From the NCBI GenBank assembly GCA_965204745.1, contig OZ242010.1, forward strand, positions 5,344,001 through 5,408,000: a DNA stretch of 64,000 nt, written 5' to 3'. Position 1 is the stretch's first letter, and each line of letters starts with the position of its first letter. Shown piece after piece: positions 41,751-54,000 of the stretch. The translations under genes and the position numbers were made by a program. Source of the DNA: Candidatus Latescibacterota bacterium. Lineage in GTDB: Bacteria > Latescibacterota > UBA2968. Under the pieces are notes generated by a model, which ran no database searches, had not been told where the DNA came from, and saw nothing but the letters and a program-made list of their open reading frames with translations.

Positions 41751-41834
41751 TTCACCCATTCACCATTGCGATTTTGAGCGCGAAGGAAAAGCCGCGCCCG
41801 GTCTGCGCGACAGCTTTTGCAAAGGAGGCTCCAG

Positions 41835-42023
41835 ATGATTACCGCCATTTTCAGCCGCTGTTTGAACCTCATTTGGTCCTATGTTTCCACCGTGAAAACT
41901 GACGTTCATATCGCCCATTCTCGTCTTGGTGTGTGCTTCTATTTTATTGCGAAACAGTCCGTTAGGCTGATCAGTACAGCCCCCCCCCCCCCCCCCCCCC
42001 CCTCGAGAAGAGAGTCAAAATGA
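41835..42023 (+). CDS. Leader ORF crossing a poly-C tract, stop overlapping the giant gene start
   Basis: AAAGGAGG RBS at 41821-41828, ATG 41835, 62 aa, ATGA overlap at 42020-42023. Confidence 0.6.
   Translation: MITAIFSRCLNLIWSYVSTVKTDVHIAHSRLGVCFYFIAKQSVRLISTAPPPPPPPSRRESK
41980..42002 (+). repeat. C23 homopolymer (candidate phase-variation tract)
   Basis: 23 consecutive C, ending 17 nt before the giant gene ATG. Confidence 0.9.
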
Positions 42024-45000
42024 CATCCCGCTACGCTCATTTGTTAGCTATGGTCGCGCTGGTCGTGCTGATGGCATCGGGGCCGGCTTTTGCCCAAACC
42101 GACTACGACACGGACAACGACAACCTGATTGACGTCACCTCCTTGGCGCAACTCAATGCCATTCGCTGGGATCTCAATGGCGATGGTGCCATAGACGCAA
42201 GTGCCTCGACCAGCGATACGACCGCCTACAACGCCGCCTTTCCCAACGCCATGTCGGGCATGGGTTGCGCCGCTACCTGCACCGGCTACGAACTGATGAA
42301 CAACCTCAACTTTGACGAGAACAGCGACAACGAAATCACCTCAGCAGACGCCACCTACTGGAACAATGGCGCAGGCTGGGCGCCCATCGGCAACAGCGAG
42401 ACGAAATACACCGGCAACTTCCACGGCAACGACAATACCATCTCCAACCTGTTTATCGACCGCTCTGCCGCCAACGACATCGGGCTGTTCGGCTTTGCCG
42501 AGGGCGGCACGATTCGCAATTTGAGTCTGGTGAACGCCGATGTGACCGGCTCTAGTTATACCGCAGTCCTTGTTGGCCAAGGCACCAGGCTCCAGCTCAT
42601 GCACATCCGCGTTACCGGACAGGTCAGCGGGCTCAGCAATGGCGGTGGCTTGGTGGGCAGTCTGACGCACGGTAGCTCGACCATTACCGCCTGCGGTGCC
42701 GAGGTGGACGTCACTGGGCGCGGTAGCAGAACCTACTCTGATATAAGCTTCGGCGGTCTGGTAGGTGGCAACTCCGGCACGATAACCGCTAGCTATGCCA
42801 CCGGCGCAGTCAGCAACGACAATGTTTACGTCGGCGGTCTGGTGGGCTTTCACGGCTCAAGTGCTGTCATACGCGCCAGCTATGCCACCGGCGCCGTTAG
42901 AGGCCAAACCTTATTCGGCGGCCTGGTCGGTATTGCTTTTGGGGGCGCGATAACCGCTAGCTATGCCACCGGCGCCGTCAAGGGCACCGGCGCCGTCTCT
43001 TATATCGGCGGTCTGGTGGGCTTCAACAGTTCTACATCAATTACCTACAGCTACTACGATAGTACCACCACCGGACAAAAAGACACCGGACGCGGCGCCC
43101 CTCAGACCACCGCCGGTCTCCAAAACCCCACGGATTATACCGGCATCTACGCCAACTGGAACCTGAACCTGGACGGGCAAACGGGCAACGACAATCCGTG
43201 GAGCTTTGGCACGACGAGTCAGTATCCGGTCTTGAAGTATGCCGGCATGGACACCGCCGCGCAATTTAACGCGCAACGGGTGGGCAAGCCGACGGGTGTG
43301 ATGGTGGCGGGGAAGACGGACACGCTGACCGTGACTTGGGGGTTAGTACGCAATGCAACCGGGTATAAGGTGCGGTGGAAATCAGGGATTCTGACTTACC
43401 CCACCTCTGATCTGGCGGCCGCCACGCGCGGGCAAGCCACTATCGGTAGCGTGCTCACCACGACCTACGATATTTCTGGGCTGACCACAGGGACGACCTA
43501 CACGGTTCAAGTCATCGCCACCCGCCTCAATGCAACCGACAGTGACCCTTCGGACGCAGTCATGGTGACGCCGGCGACCACCAAGCCCACCAATGTGCGC
43601 GTGACGCCTGCGCCGGTCCAACTCATTGTGGATTGGACCAAGGCAACCGGCGCGACGGGGTACAAGGTGCAGTGGAAGTCCGGTGGACAGACCTACAACA
43701 CCTCTTCTCGCCAGGCGATGGTCTCTGGGGTGAACACCACGACCTACACGATAGAGGGCCTGACTTTTGGCACGACCTACACTGTGCGCGTCACTGCTAC
43801 CCTGGCAGGTGGGACCGATAGTGATCCCTCGGACGAGGTCGTGGGCACGCCCCTTAGAGGGCTGGACATGCCGACGGGTGTGATCGTGATGCCCAAAGTG
43901 GACACCTTGGACGTGCGCTGGACTGCGGTGAGCACTGCGACGGGGTACAAGGTGCAGTGGAAACTCCACAGGCGGACCTACGATGTTTCGCGTCAGGTGG
44001 TCGTCACGGGGACGCGCTACGCGATCCCCAACTTGATCGCCGGGGCGTCCTATCTCGTGCGTATCATTGCCACCAAGGCCGGTCTGCCCGAGAGTGCTCC
44101 CTCAACCGAGGTGCCCGGCGTTCCCTTGCTACGTAGCCCAATGGGTGTGATGGTGACAGCGGATATGGACACGCTGACCGTGACTTGGAACGCCGTGGAC
44201 AATGCAACCGGGTATAAGGTGCAGTGGAAATCAGGGAATCTGACTTATCCCACCGCCGATGTGGAGACCACCGCCTTGCGCGGGCAAGCTACAATCGCAG
44301 GCGGGAACACCACGACCCACAAAATTTCTGGGTTGACCGCAGGGACGACCTACACGATTCGCGTCATCGCCACGCACACCAATGTAGCCGATAGCGCTCC
44401 CTCTGTCGAGGTGCCCGGCGTTCCTTTGCTGGGCAAGCCGACTGTGATGGTGGCGGCGAAGATGGACACGCTGACCGTGACTTGGAACGCCGTGGACGAT
44501 GCAACCGGGTATAAGGTGCAGTGGAAATCAGGGAATCTGACTTACCCCACCGCCGATCTGGATTCCGCCACGCGCGGGCAAGCCACCATCGCAGGCGGGA
44601 ACACCACGACCCACAAAATCTCCGGTGTGACCGTCGGGACGCTCTACGCGGTTCGCGTCATCGCCACGAGCACCAATACCAATATCGCCGACAGCACGCC
44701 TTCGGAGGAAGTCATGGTGATGCCGGCGACAAACAGGCCCACCAATGTGCGCGTGACGCCGGGGACGACCCAACTCCTTGTGCGTTGGACCGAGGCAACC
44801 GGCGCGACGGGATACAAGGTGCAGTGGAAGTCCGGGCAACAGGCATACGACCCCTCTTCTCGACAGGCGCAGGTCTCTGGGGTGAGCACCACGACCTACA
44901 CGATAGAGAACCTGACGGTTAGCACGACCTACACGGTGCGCGTCATCGCTATCCTGTCAGGTGGGGTCGATAGCACGCCCTCGGACGAGGTCATGGGCAC

Positions 45001-48000
45001 GCCCCCGGGGATCGATTACGACAGGGATGGCGATGGCCTCATCGACATTACGACGCTGGCACAACTCAATGCCATCCGCTACGACATGGATGGCAACGGC
45101 GACGCTACCCACGCCGTTTATGCCGCCGCTTTTCCCAACCGCGATACCACCAGTAGCATCCGGATGGGTTGCCCTTCCGGGACCTGCACCGGCTACGAAC
45201 TGCTCAACAACCTCGACTTTTCAGGAGGTCAATGGACCAGCGGCGCGGGTTGGCTCCCTATTGGAGTGTGGGGGCGTAATTCGTGGGAGACTTACACTGG
45301 CACGTTCAAGGGCAATAACAAGACCATCTCCAACCTGTACATCAACCGTGGTGACGATATTGATGTTGGGCTGTTTGGTCATGTCAGCGGCAACATTTCC
45401 GGTCTGGGGCTGAAAAATGTCGATGTAAGAGGCACCGACAATGTGGGTGGGTTGGTCGGTGAACAGGAGGGTGGTCGCATACTGAGTTGTTTTGTCACGG
45501 GTCGCGTTGAGGGTTGGAGTACCGCCATTAGAACTACGGGCGGTTTGGTGGGTCGTTCAGGAGCTAACACCGTCATCGCGGCCAGCTATGCCAATGCTGA
45601 GGTCATCATGGATCTGGATGAAACTAATGCTTATGCCGGCGGTTTGGTGGGCTTCAAATCAAATAGTTCTGAGATAATAGCGTCCTACGCCATCGGGCCG
45701 GTGACTGGTAGAAATGCAGGCGGTCTGATTGGGCATGGTGGTGCTGCTACTTCTTTTAGTTTGGCTAGCTATTCCACAGGGACAGTCACTGGGGGAGGCT
45801 ACATAGGCGGATTTGTGGGGAGGTTAGGGGCGGGATCGTATAGCTATTGGGATACGGAAAGTAGCGATCTCTTATCCAGTGCTGGCGGCACGGGCCAGAC
45901 CACCAGCGCGTTGCAGTCGGAAACGGACTACGACGGCATCTACGCCAGTTGGGATGTGGATGTCGATGGCAGGGTTGGCAATGACGATCCGTGGACCTTT
46001 GGCGCGGCGGATCAGTATCCGGTGTTGAAATATGCCGGCATGGATACCACCGCACAATTTGCAATGCAACCGCCGGGCATTCCGACAAGTGTGACCGTGA
46101 CGGTGCAAGCGGCCACTTTGGATGTGCGTTGGCGTGCGGCGAGTTATGCGACGGGGTACAAGGTGCAGTGGAAATCCGGCATGCAAAGCTACGACGCCTC
46201 GCGTGAGGGGATCGTCACGGGGACGCGCTACAATATCCCTAACTTGGCGGTTGGGACGACCTACACAGTGCGTGTCATTGCCACCAAGACCGGTGCCCGC
46301 GATGGCCGGCCCTCAGCAGAGCAGACCGGCGTTATCTCCGTGCTGGGCAGTCCGACTGTGATGGTGGCGGCGAAGTTGGACACGTTGACCGTGACTTGGA
46401 ATGTGGTGACCAGCGCAACCGGCTACAAGGTGCAGTGGAAATCGGGGTCAGAGACTTATCCCAATGCCGATCTGGCGTCCGCCTTGCGCGGGCAAGCCAC
46501 CATCGTAGGCGGGAGCACCACGACCTACAAAATCCCCAATGTGACCAGAGGGACAGCCTACACGGTGCGCGTCATCGCCACGCGTACCAATGTAGCCGAC
46601 AGTGCCCCCTCGGAGGAAGTAACCGGCGTTCCCGGGCTGGAACGCCCGACGGGTGTGGATGTGAGTGCGACGGTGGACACGCTGACCGTGACTTGGAATG
46701 TGGTGGACGATGCAACCGGGTATAAGGTGCAGTGGAAATCGGGGTCAGAGACTTATCCCAATGCCGATCTGGTGTCCGCCTTGCGCGGGCAAGCCACCCT
46801 CGTAGGCGGGAGCACCACGACCTACAAAATCCCCAATGTGACCACAGGGACGACCTACACGGTTCGCGTCATCGCCACGCGTACCAATGTAGCCGACAGT
46901 GCCCCCTCGGAGGAAGTAACCGTGCTGGTTAGCCCGACGGGTGTGATGGTGCGTGCGACGGTGGACACGCTGACCGTGACTTGGAATGCGGTGGACGATG
47001 CCACCGGGTATAAGGTGCAGTGGAAATCCGGGTCAGAGACTTATCCCAACGCCGATTCTCAGGCCGCCACGCACGGGCAAGCTACCATCTCTGACGGGGG
47101 CACCACGACCTACGATATTTCTGGGCTGACCGCAGGGACGACCTACACGGTTCGGATCATCGCCACGAGTACCAATAGCAATGTAGCCGACAGTGCCCCC
47201 TCGGCAGAGCAGACCGGCGTTCCCGTGCTGGGTAGCCCGGCTGTGATGGTGGCGGCGAAGGCGGACACGCTGACCGTGATGTGGAATGCGGTGGACGATG
47301 CCACCGGGTATAAGGTGCAGTGGAAGTCCGGGTCAGAGACTTATCCCAACGCCGATCTGGCGTTGGCCACGCACGGGCAAGCCACAATCGCTGGCGGGGG
47401 CACCACGACCTACAAAATTTCTGGGCTGACCGCAGGGACGACCTACACGATTCGCGTCATCGCCACGCGTACCAATGTAGCCGACAGTGCCCCCTCGGCA
47501 GAGCAGACCGGCGTTCCCGTGCTGGGTAGCCCGGCTGTGATGGTGCGTGCGAAGTTGGACACACTGACCGTGACTTGGAATGTGGTGACCAACGCAACCG
47601 GGTATAAGGTGCAGTGGAAATCCGGGTCAGAGATTTATCCCACCTCCGATGAGCAGTCCGCCACGCGCGGGCAAGCCACTATCGTAGGCGGGCGCACCAC
47701 GACCTACAAAATTTCTGGGCTGACCAGAGGGACGACCTACACGGTTCGCGTCATCGCCACGCGTACCAATGTAGCCGACAGTGCCCCCTCGGCAGAGCAG
47801 ACCGGCGTTCCCGTGCTGGGTAGCCCGGCTGTGATGGTGGCGGCGAAGGTGGACACGCTGACCGTGACTTGGAATGCGGTGGACGATGCCACCGGGTATA
47901 AGGTGCAGTGGAAATCCGGGTCAGAGATTTATCCCACTTCCGATGAGCAGTCCGCCACGCGCGGGCAAGCCACTATCGCTGGCGGGAGCACCACGACCTA

Positions 48001-51000
48001 CAAAATCTCCAATGTGACCACAGGGACAGCCTACACGGTGCGCGTCATCGCCACGCGTACCAATGTAGCCGACAGTGCCCCCTCGGAGGAAGTAACCGTG
48101 CTGGTTAGCCCGACGGGTGTGATGGTGGCGGCGAAGGTGGACACGCTGACCGTGACTTGGAATGCGGTGGACGATGCCACCGGGTATAAGGTGCAGTGGA
48201 AATCAGGGGCAGCGACTTATCCCAACACCGATTCTCAGGCCGCCACGCACGGGCAAGCTACCATCTCTGACGGGGGCACCACGACCTACGATATTTCTGG
48301 GCTGACCGCAGGGACGACCTACACGGTTCGGATCATCGCCACGAGTACCAATAGCAATGTAGCCGACAGTGCCCCCTCGGCAGAGCAGACCGGCGTTCCC
48401 GTGCTGGGTAGCCCGGCTGTGATGGTGGCGGCGAAGGTGGACACGCTGACCGTGACGTGGAATGTGGTGGACGATGCCACCGGGTATAAGGTGCAGTGGA
48501 AATCAGGGTCAGCGACTTATCCCACCGCCGATCTGGCGTTGGCCACGCGCGGGCAAGCCACAATCGCTGGCGGGGGCACCACGACCTACAAAATTTCTGG
48601 GCTGACCACAGGGACGACTTACACGATTCGCGTCATCGCCACGCGTACCAATGTAGCCGACAGTGCCCCCTCGGATGAAGTCATGGTGACCTTGGCGACA
48701 AACAAACCCACCAATGTGAATGTGCGCGTGACGCCGGGGATAGCCCAACTCATCGTGCGTTGGACCGAGGCAACCGGCGCGACGGGATACAAGGTGCAGT
48801 GGAAGTCCGGTGGACAAAGCTACAACACTTCTTCCCGCCAGGAGACGGTCTCTGGAGGCAGCACCACGACCTACACGATAGAAAACCTGACTTTTGGCAC
48901 GCCCTACACGGTGCGCGTCACTGCTACCCTGACAGGTGGGATGGATAGCACCCCCTCGGACGAGGTCGTGGGCACGCCCCAAGCGATCAATTACGACAGC
49001 GATGGCGATGGCCTCATCGCCATTGAGACGCTGGCGCAACTGCATGCCATCCGCTGGGATCTCAACGGCGATGGTGCTGTGGACGCAAGTGCCACGTCCA
49101 GCGATACGACCGCCTACAATGCCGCCTTTCCCGGCCGCGACACCACCAGCAACGTCCGGATGGGTTGCCCGTCCGGGACCTGCACCGGCTACGAACTGCT
49201 CAACAACCTAAATTTCGACACCGACGGGAGCGGGAGCGTAACCTCTGACGACACCTACCCCAACTGGGTGCCCATCGGCAACTACTCGGCAACGTTCAAA
49301 GGCAACAACAAGACCATCTCCAATCTGCACATCAACCGTGGCGGTTGGTATCATGTTGGGCTGTTTAGCCAGGTCGGCGGCAACATTTCCGGTCTGGGGT
49401 TGAAAAGTGTCAATGTAAGAGGCGGGCATCAAGTGGGTGGGCTGGTCGGTAATCAGTGGGGTGGTCGCATCCTGGGCTGTTATGTCACGGGTCGCGTTGA
49501 GGGTACTGGTAGCTATGTGGGCGGTTTGGTGGGTCATTCAACCGGCAATAATACCGTCATCGCGGTCAGCTATACCAATGCTGTGGTCTCCGGAGGGCGG
49601 CTTCAAGAAGGGGTCGGCGGTTTAGTGGGCATACTATATACTACGGTGATAGCGTCCTACGCCATCGGGCCGGTGACTGGAAATAGCAGGGTAGGCGGTT
49701 TGGTGGGGAGATTGGCCATTACTTCTGGTCATTCTCCTCTGGTTGGTTCGGTTAGTACCAGCTATGCCACGGGGACAGTCACTAGGCTCAACCAATTCTC
49801 CAGCAATCTAGGCGGATTGATCGGGTCTAAACGACATAATTTAGTGTCCCATAGTTACTGGGATAGGGAAAGTAGCGGTTTCTCAACTAGTGCTGGCGGC
49901 ACGGGCAAGACCACCAGCGAGTTGCAGTCGCAAACGTCATACAACGACATCTACGCCAGTTGGAATGTGAATGTCGATGGTAGCCCTGGCAATGACAACC
50001 CGTGGACCTTTGGCGCGGCGGATCAGTATCCGGTCTTGAAATATGCCGGCATGGACACCACCGCGCAATTTGCAATGCAAGCACCGGGCATTCCGACAAG
50101 TGTGACCGTGACGGTGCAAGCGGACACCTTGGACGTGCGTTGGCGTGCGGCGAGTTATGCGACGGGGTACAAGGTGCAGTGGAAAGCCGGCGGGCAGAAC
50201 TACGCCGTCTCGCGTCAGGCCATCACCACGGATACGCGCTACAAGATCGCCAACTTGCTCGCCGGGACGACCTACACAGTGCGTGTCATTGCCACCAAGA
50301 CCGGTGCCCGCGATGGCCGGCCCTCGGCAGAGCAGACCGGCGTTCCCGTGCTGGGCAGTCCGACTGTGATGGTGGCGGCGAAGGCGGATACGCTGACCGT
50401 GACATGGAATGCGGTGACCAACGCAACAGGGTATAAGGTGCAATGGAAATCCGGGGCAGAGACTTATCCCGCCGCCGATGAGGAGTCCGCCACGCACGGG
50501 CAAGCCACCATCGCTGGCGGGCGCACCACGACCTACGATATTTCTGGGCTGACCGCAGGGACGGCCTACGCGATTCGCGTCATCGCCACGCGTACCAATG
50601 TAGCCGACAGTGCCCCCTCGGCAGAGCAGACCGGCGTTCCCGTGCTGGATAGCCCGACGGGTGTGGATGTGAGTGCGACGGTGGACACGCTGACCGTGAC
50701 TTGGAATGTGGTGGACGATGCCACCGGGTATAAGGTGCAGTGGAAATCCGGGTCAGAGACTTATCCCAACGCCGATTCTCAGTCCGCCACGCGCGGGCAA
50801 GCCACAATCTCTGGCGGGGGCACCACGACCCACAAAATTTCTGGGCTGACCACAGGGACGACCTACACGGTTCAAGTCATCGCCACGCACACCACAACGG
50901 CCGGCAACAGTGCCCCTTCGGCCGCAGTCATGGTGACCTCGGCGACAACCAAGCCCACCAATGTGCGCGTGACGCCGGGGCCGCTCCGATTCATTGTGGC

Positions 51001-54000
51001 TTGGACCGAGGCAACCGGCGCGACGGGCTACAAGGTGCAGTGGAAGTCCGGTGGACAAAGCTATAACACGGCGACTCGTCAGGTGGTGGTCTCTATGAAC
51101 ACCAGGACCGCCACGATTGTGAACCTGACGATTGGCACGATCTACACGGTGCGCGTCACTGCTACCCTGGCAGGTGGGATCGATAGTGATCCCTCGGACG
51201 AGGTCATGGTCACGATCCAAGGGATCAATTACGACAGCGATGGCGATGGCCTCATCGCCATTGAGACGCTGGCGCAACTGCATGCCATCCGCTGGGATCT
51301 CAACGGCGATGGTGCCATAGACGCAAGTGCCTCGACCAGCGATACGACCGCCTACAACGCCGCCTTTCCCAACCGAGACACCACCAGCAATGTCCGGATG
51401 GGTTGCCCTTCCGGAACCTGCACCGGCTACGAACTGCTCAACAACCTCGACTTTGACGAGAATGGCGACGACGAAATCACCTCAGCAGACGCCACCTACT
51501 GGAACAACGGCGACGGCTGGCTACCCATCGGCACAGACGCCGCCAAATACACCGGCGATTTCAAGGGCAACGGCTACACTATCGACAACCTGACCATCAA
51601 CCGACCCTCCGTCGGTGAAGTGGGATTATTCGGCAACGCCGACACCGCCTCCCGCATCGAGTCCGTCGGCATAACCAACGCCAGTGTTGCGGGAGGCGAA
51701 TATGCCGGCGCTCTGGTCGGTGCCCTGCGCGGCATAGTCGTCGCCTGCTACTCCACCGGCAACGTTTCGGCGACGACTAGGGTCGCCGGTGGACTGGTCG
51801 GATGGACGCCCAACGCTATTACCTCAAGCTACTCCACCGCATCCGTCAGCGGCCCTGAGCATGTCGGCGGACTGCTGGGATCAAGCCAAGGCGGCTCCGT
51901 AACGAACTCCTACTCCACCGGCACGGTTACCGGCACCGGCAGTTCTCCACTCATCGGCGGGTTGATAGGCTCCGGCACGGGTGGCACCGCAAGCTACTGG
52001 GACACCCAAACCAGCGGCTGTACATCCGGCGGTAGCAACGGTTGCACAACCAGCGCCGGTGGTGGCGGCGTTACCGGCCAGACGACCAGCGCGCTCCAAT
52101 CCCCCACCGGCTACACCCTCATCTTCTCCACTTGGAACGCCAACCTCGACGGACAAGCCGGCAACGACGATCCTTGGGCCTTTGGCAAGACAGATCAATA
52201 TCCCGTGTTGAAATATGCCGGCATGGACACCACCGTGCAGTATAACTTGCAACCGCCGGGCATTCCGACAAGTGTGACCGTGACGCCACAAAGGGACACC
52301 TTGGACGTGCGTTGGACTGCGGCGAGTTATGCGACGGGGTACAAGGTGCAGTGGAAATCCGGCATGCAAAGCTACGACACCTCACGTCAGGGGACCGTCA
52401 CGGGGACGCGCTACAAGATCTCCAACTTGATCGGCGGGACGACCTACACAGTGCGGGTCATTGCCACCAAGACCGGTGCGCCCGATGGCACACCCTCGGC
52501 AGAGCAGACCGGCGTTTCCGTGCTGGGCAGTCCGACTGTGATGGTGGCGGCGAAGGTGGACACGCTGACCGTGACGTGGAATGCGGTGTCCAACGCAACA
52601 GGGTATAAGGTGCAGTGGAAATCCGGGTCAGAGACTTATCCCGCCGCCGATGAGGAGTCCGCCACGCACGGGCAAGCCACTATCGCTGACGGGAGGGCCA
52701 CGACCTACGATATTTCTGGGCTGACCGCAGGGATGGCCTACACGGTGCGCGTCATCGCCACGAGTACCAATAGCAATGTAGCCGACAGTGCCCCCTCGGC
52801 AGAGCAGACCGGCGTTCCCCTGCTGGGCAGTCCGACTGTGATGGTGGCGGCGACGGTGGACACGCTGACCGTGACTTGGAATGTGGTGGACGATGCCACC
52901 GGGTATAAGGTGCAGTGGAAATCCGGGTCAGAGACTTATCCCAACGCCGATCTGGCGGCCGCCACGCACGGGCAAGCCACTATCGCTGGCGGGGGCACCA
53001 CGACCTACGATATTTCTGGGCTGACCGCAGGGACGACCTACGCGATTCGCGTCATCGCCACGCGTACCAATGTAGCCGACAGTGCCCCTTCGGACGCAGT
53101 CATGGTGACCTTGGCGACAAACAAACCCACCAATGTGCGCGTGACGCCGGGGCCGGTCCAACTCATTGTGCGTTGGAGCGAGGCGACCGGCGCGACGGGC
53201 TACAAGGTGCAGTGGAAGTCCGGTGTACAAAGCTATAACACGACGACTCGTCAGGTGGTGGTTTCTATGAACACCAGGACCGCCACGATTGTGAACCTGA
53301 CTTTTGGCACGCCCTACACGGTGCGCGTCCTTGCCACCCTATCAGGTGGGGGCGATAGCGAACCCTCGGACGAGGTCATGGGCACGCCCCAAGGGATCGA
53401 TTACGACAGCGATGGCGATGGCCTCATCAATATTGAGACGCTGGCGCAACTGCATGCCATCCGCTGGGATCTCAACGGCGATGGGATCGTCGCCGATAGT
53501 GATGCCGCGAACTACAACGCTGCCTTTCCCAGCCGAGATACCACCAGCAATGTCCGGATGGGTTGCCCTTCTGGGACCTGCACAGGCTACGAACTGATCA
53601 CGAACCTCAACTTTGACCAGAACAACGACGGCGAAATCACCTCAGCAGACGCCACCTACTGGAATGCCAACGCGGGTTGGCAACCCATCGGGACTTATAC
53701 CGGTACGTTCAAGGGCAATAACAAGACGATCTCCAATCTGTACATCAACCGTGGCGGTCAAAATGATGTTGGGCTGTTCGTGGATCTCACGGGCACTGTT
53801 TCCGGTCTTGGGCTCCGCAATGTGGATGTCAGAGGCAACCTCGCCGTGGGAGGACTTACCGGAAATCAGGCCGGGGGTGCCATCACGGGTTGTTATGTCA
53901 CCGGTCGCGTTCGGGGGTCTGGCAGTTTCGGCTTGGGCGGTCTGGTGGGGCATTCTCATACCGGTGCCAACCGCCGCATCAGTGCCAGCTATTCTGCTGC

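Noticed and set aside
41786-41820. Riboswitch in the hairpin ahead of the leader RBS
   Set aside because: An imperfect stem is present, but it matches no riboswitch consensus I can recognise.
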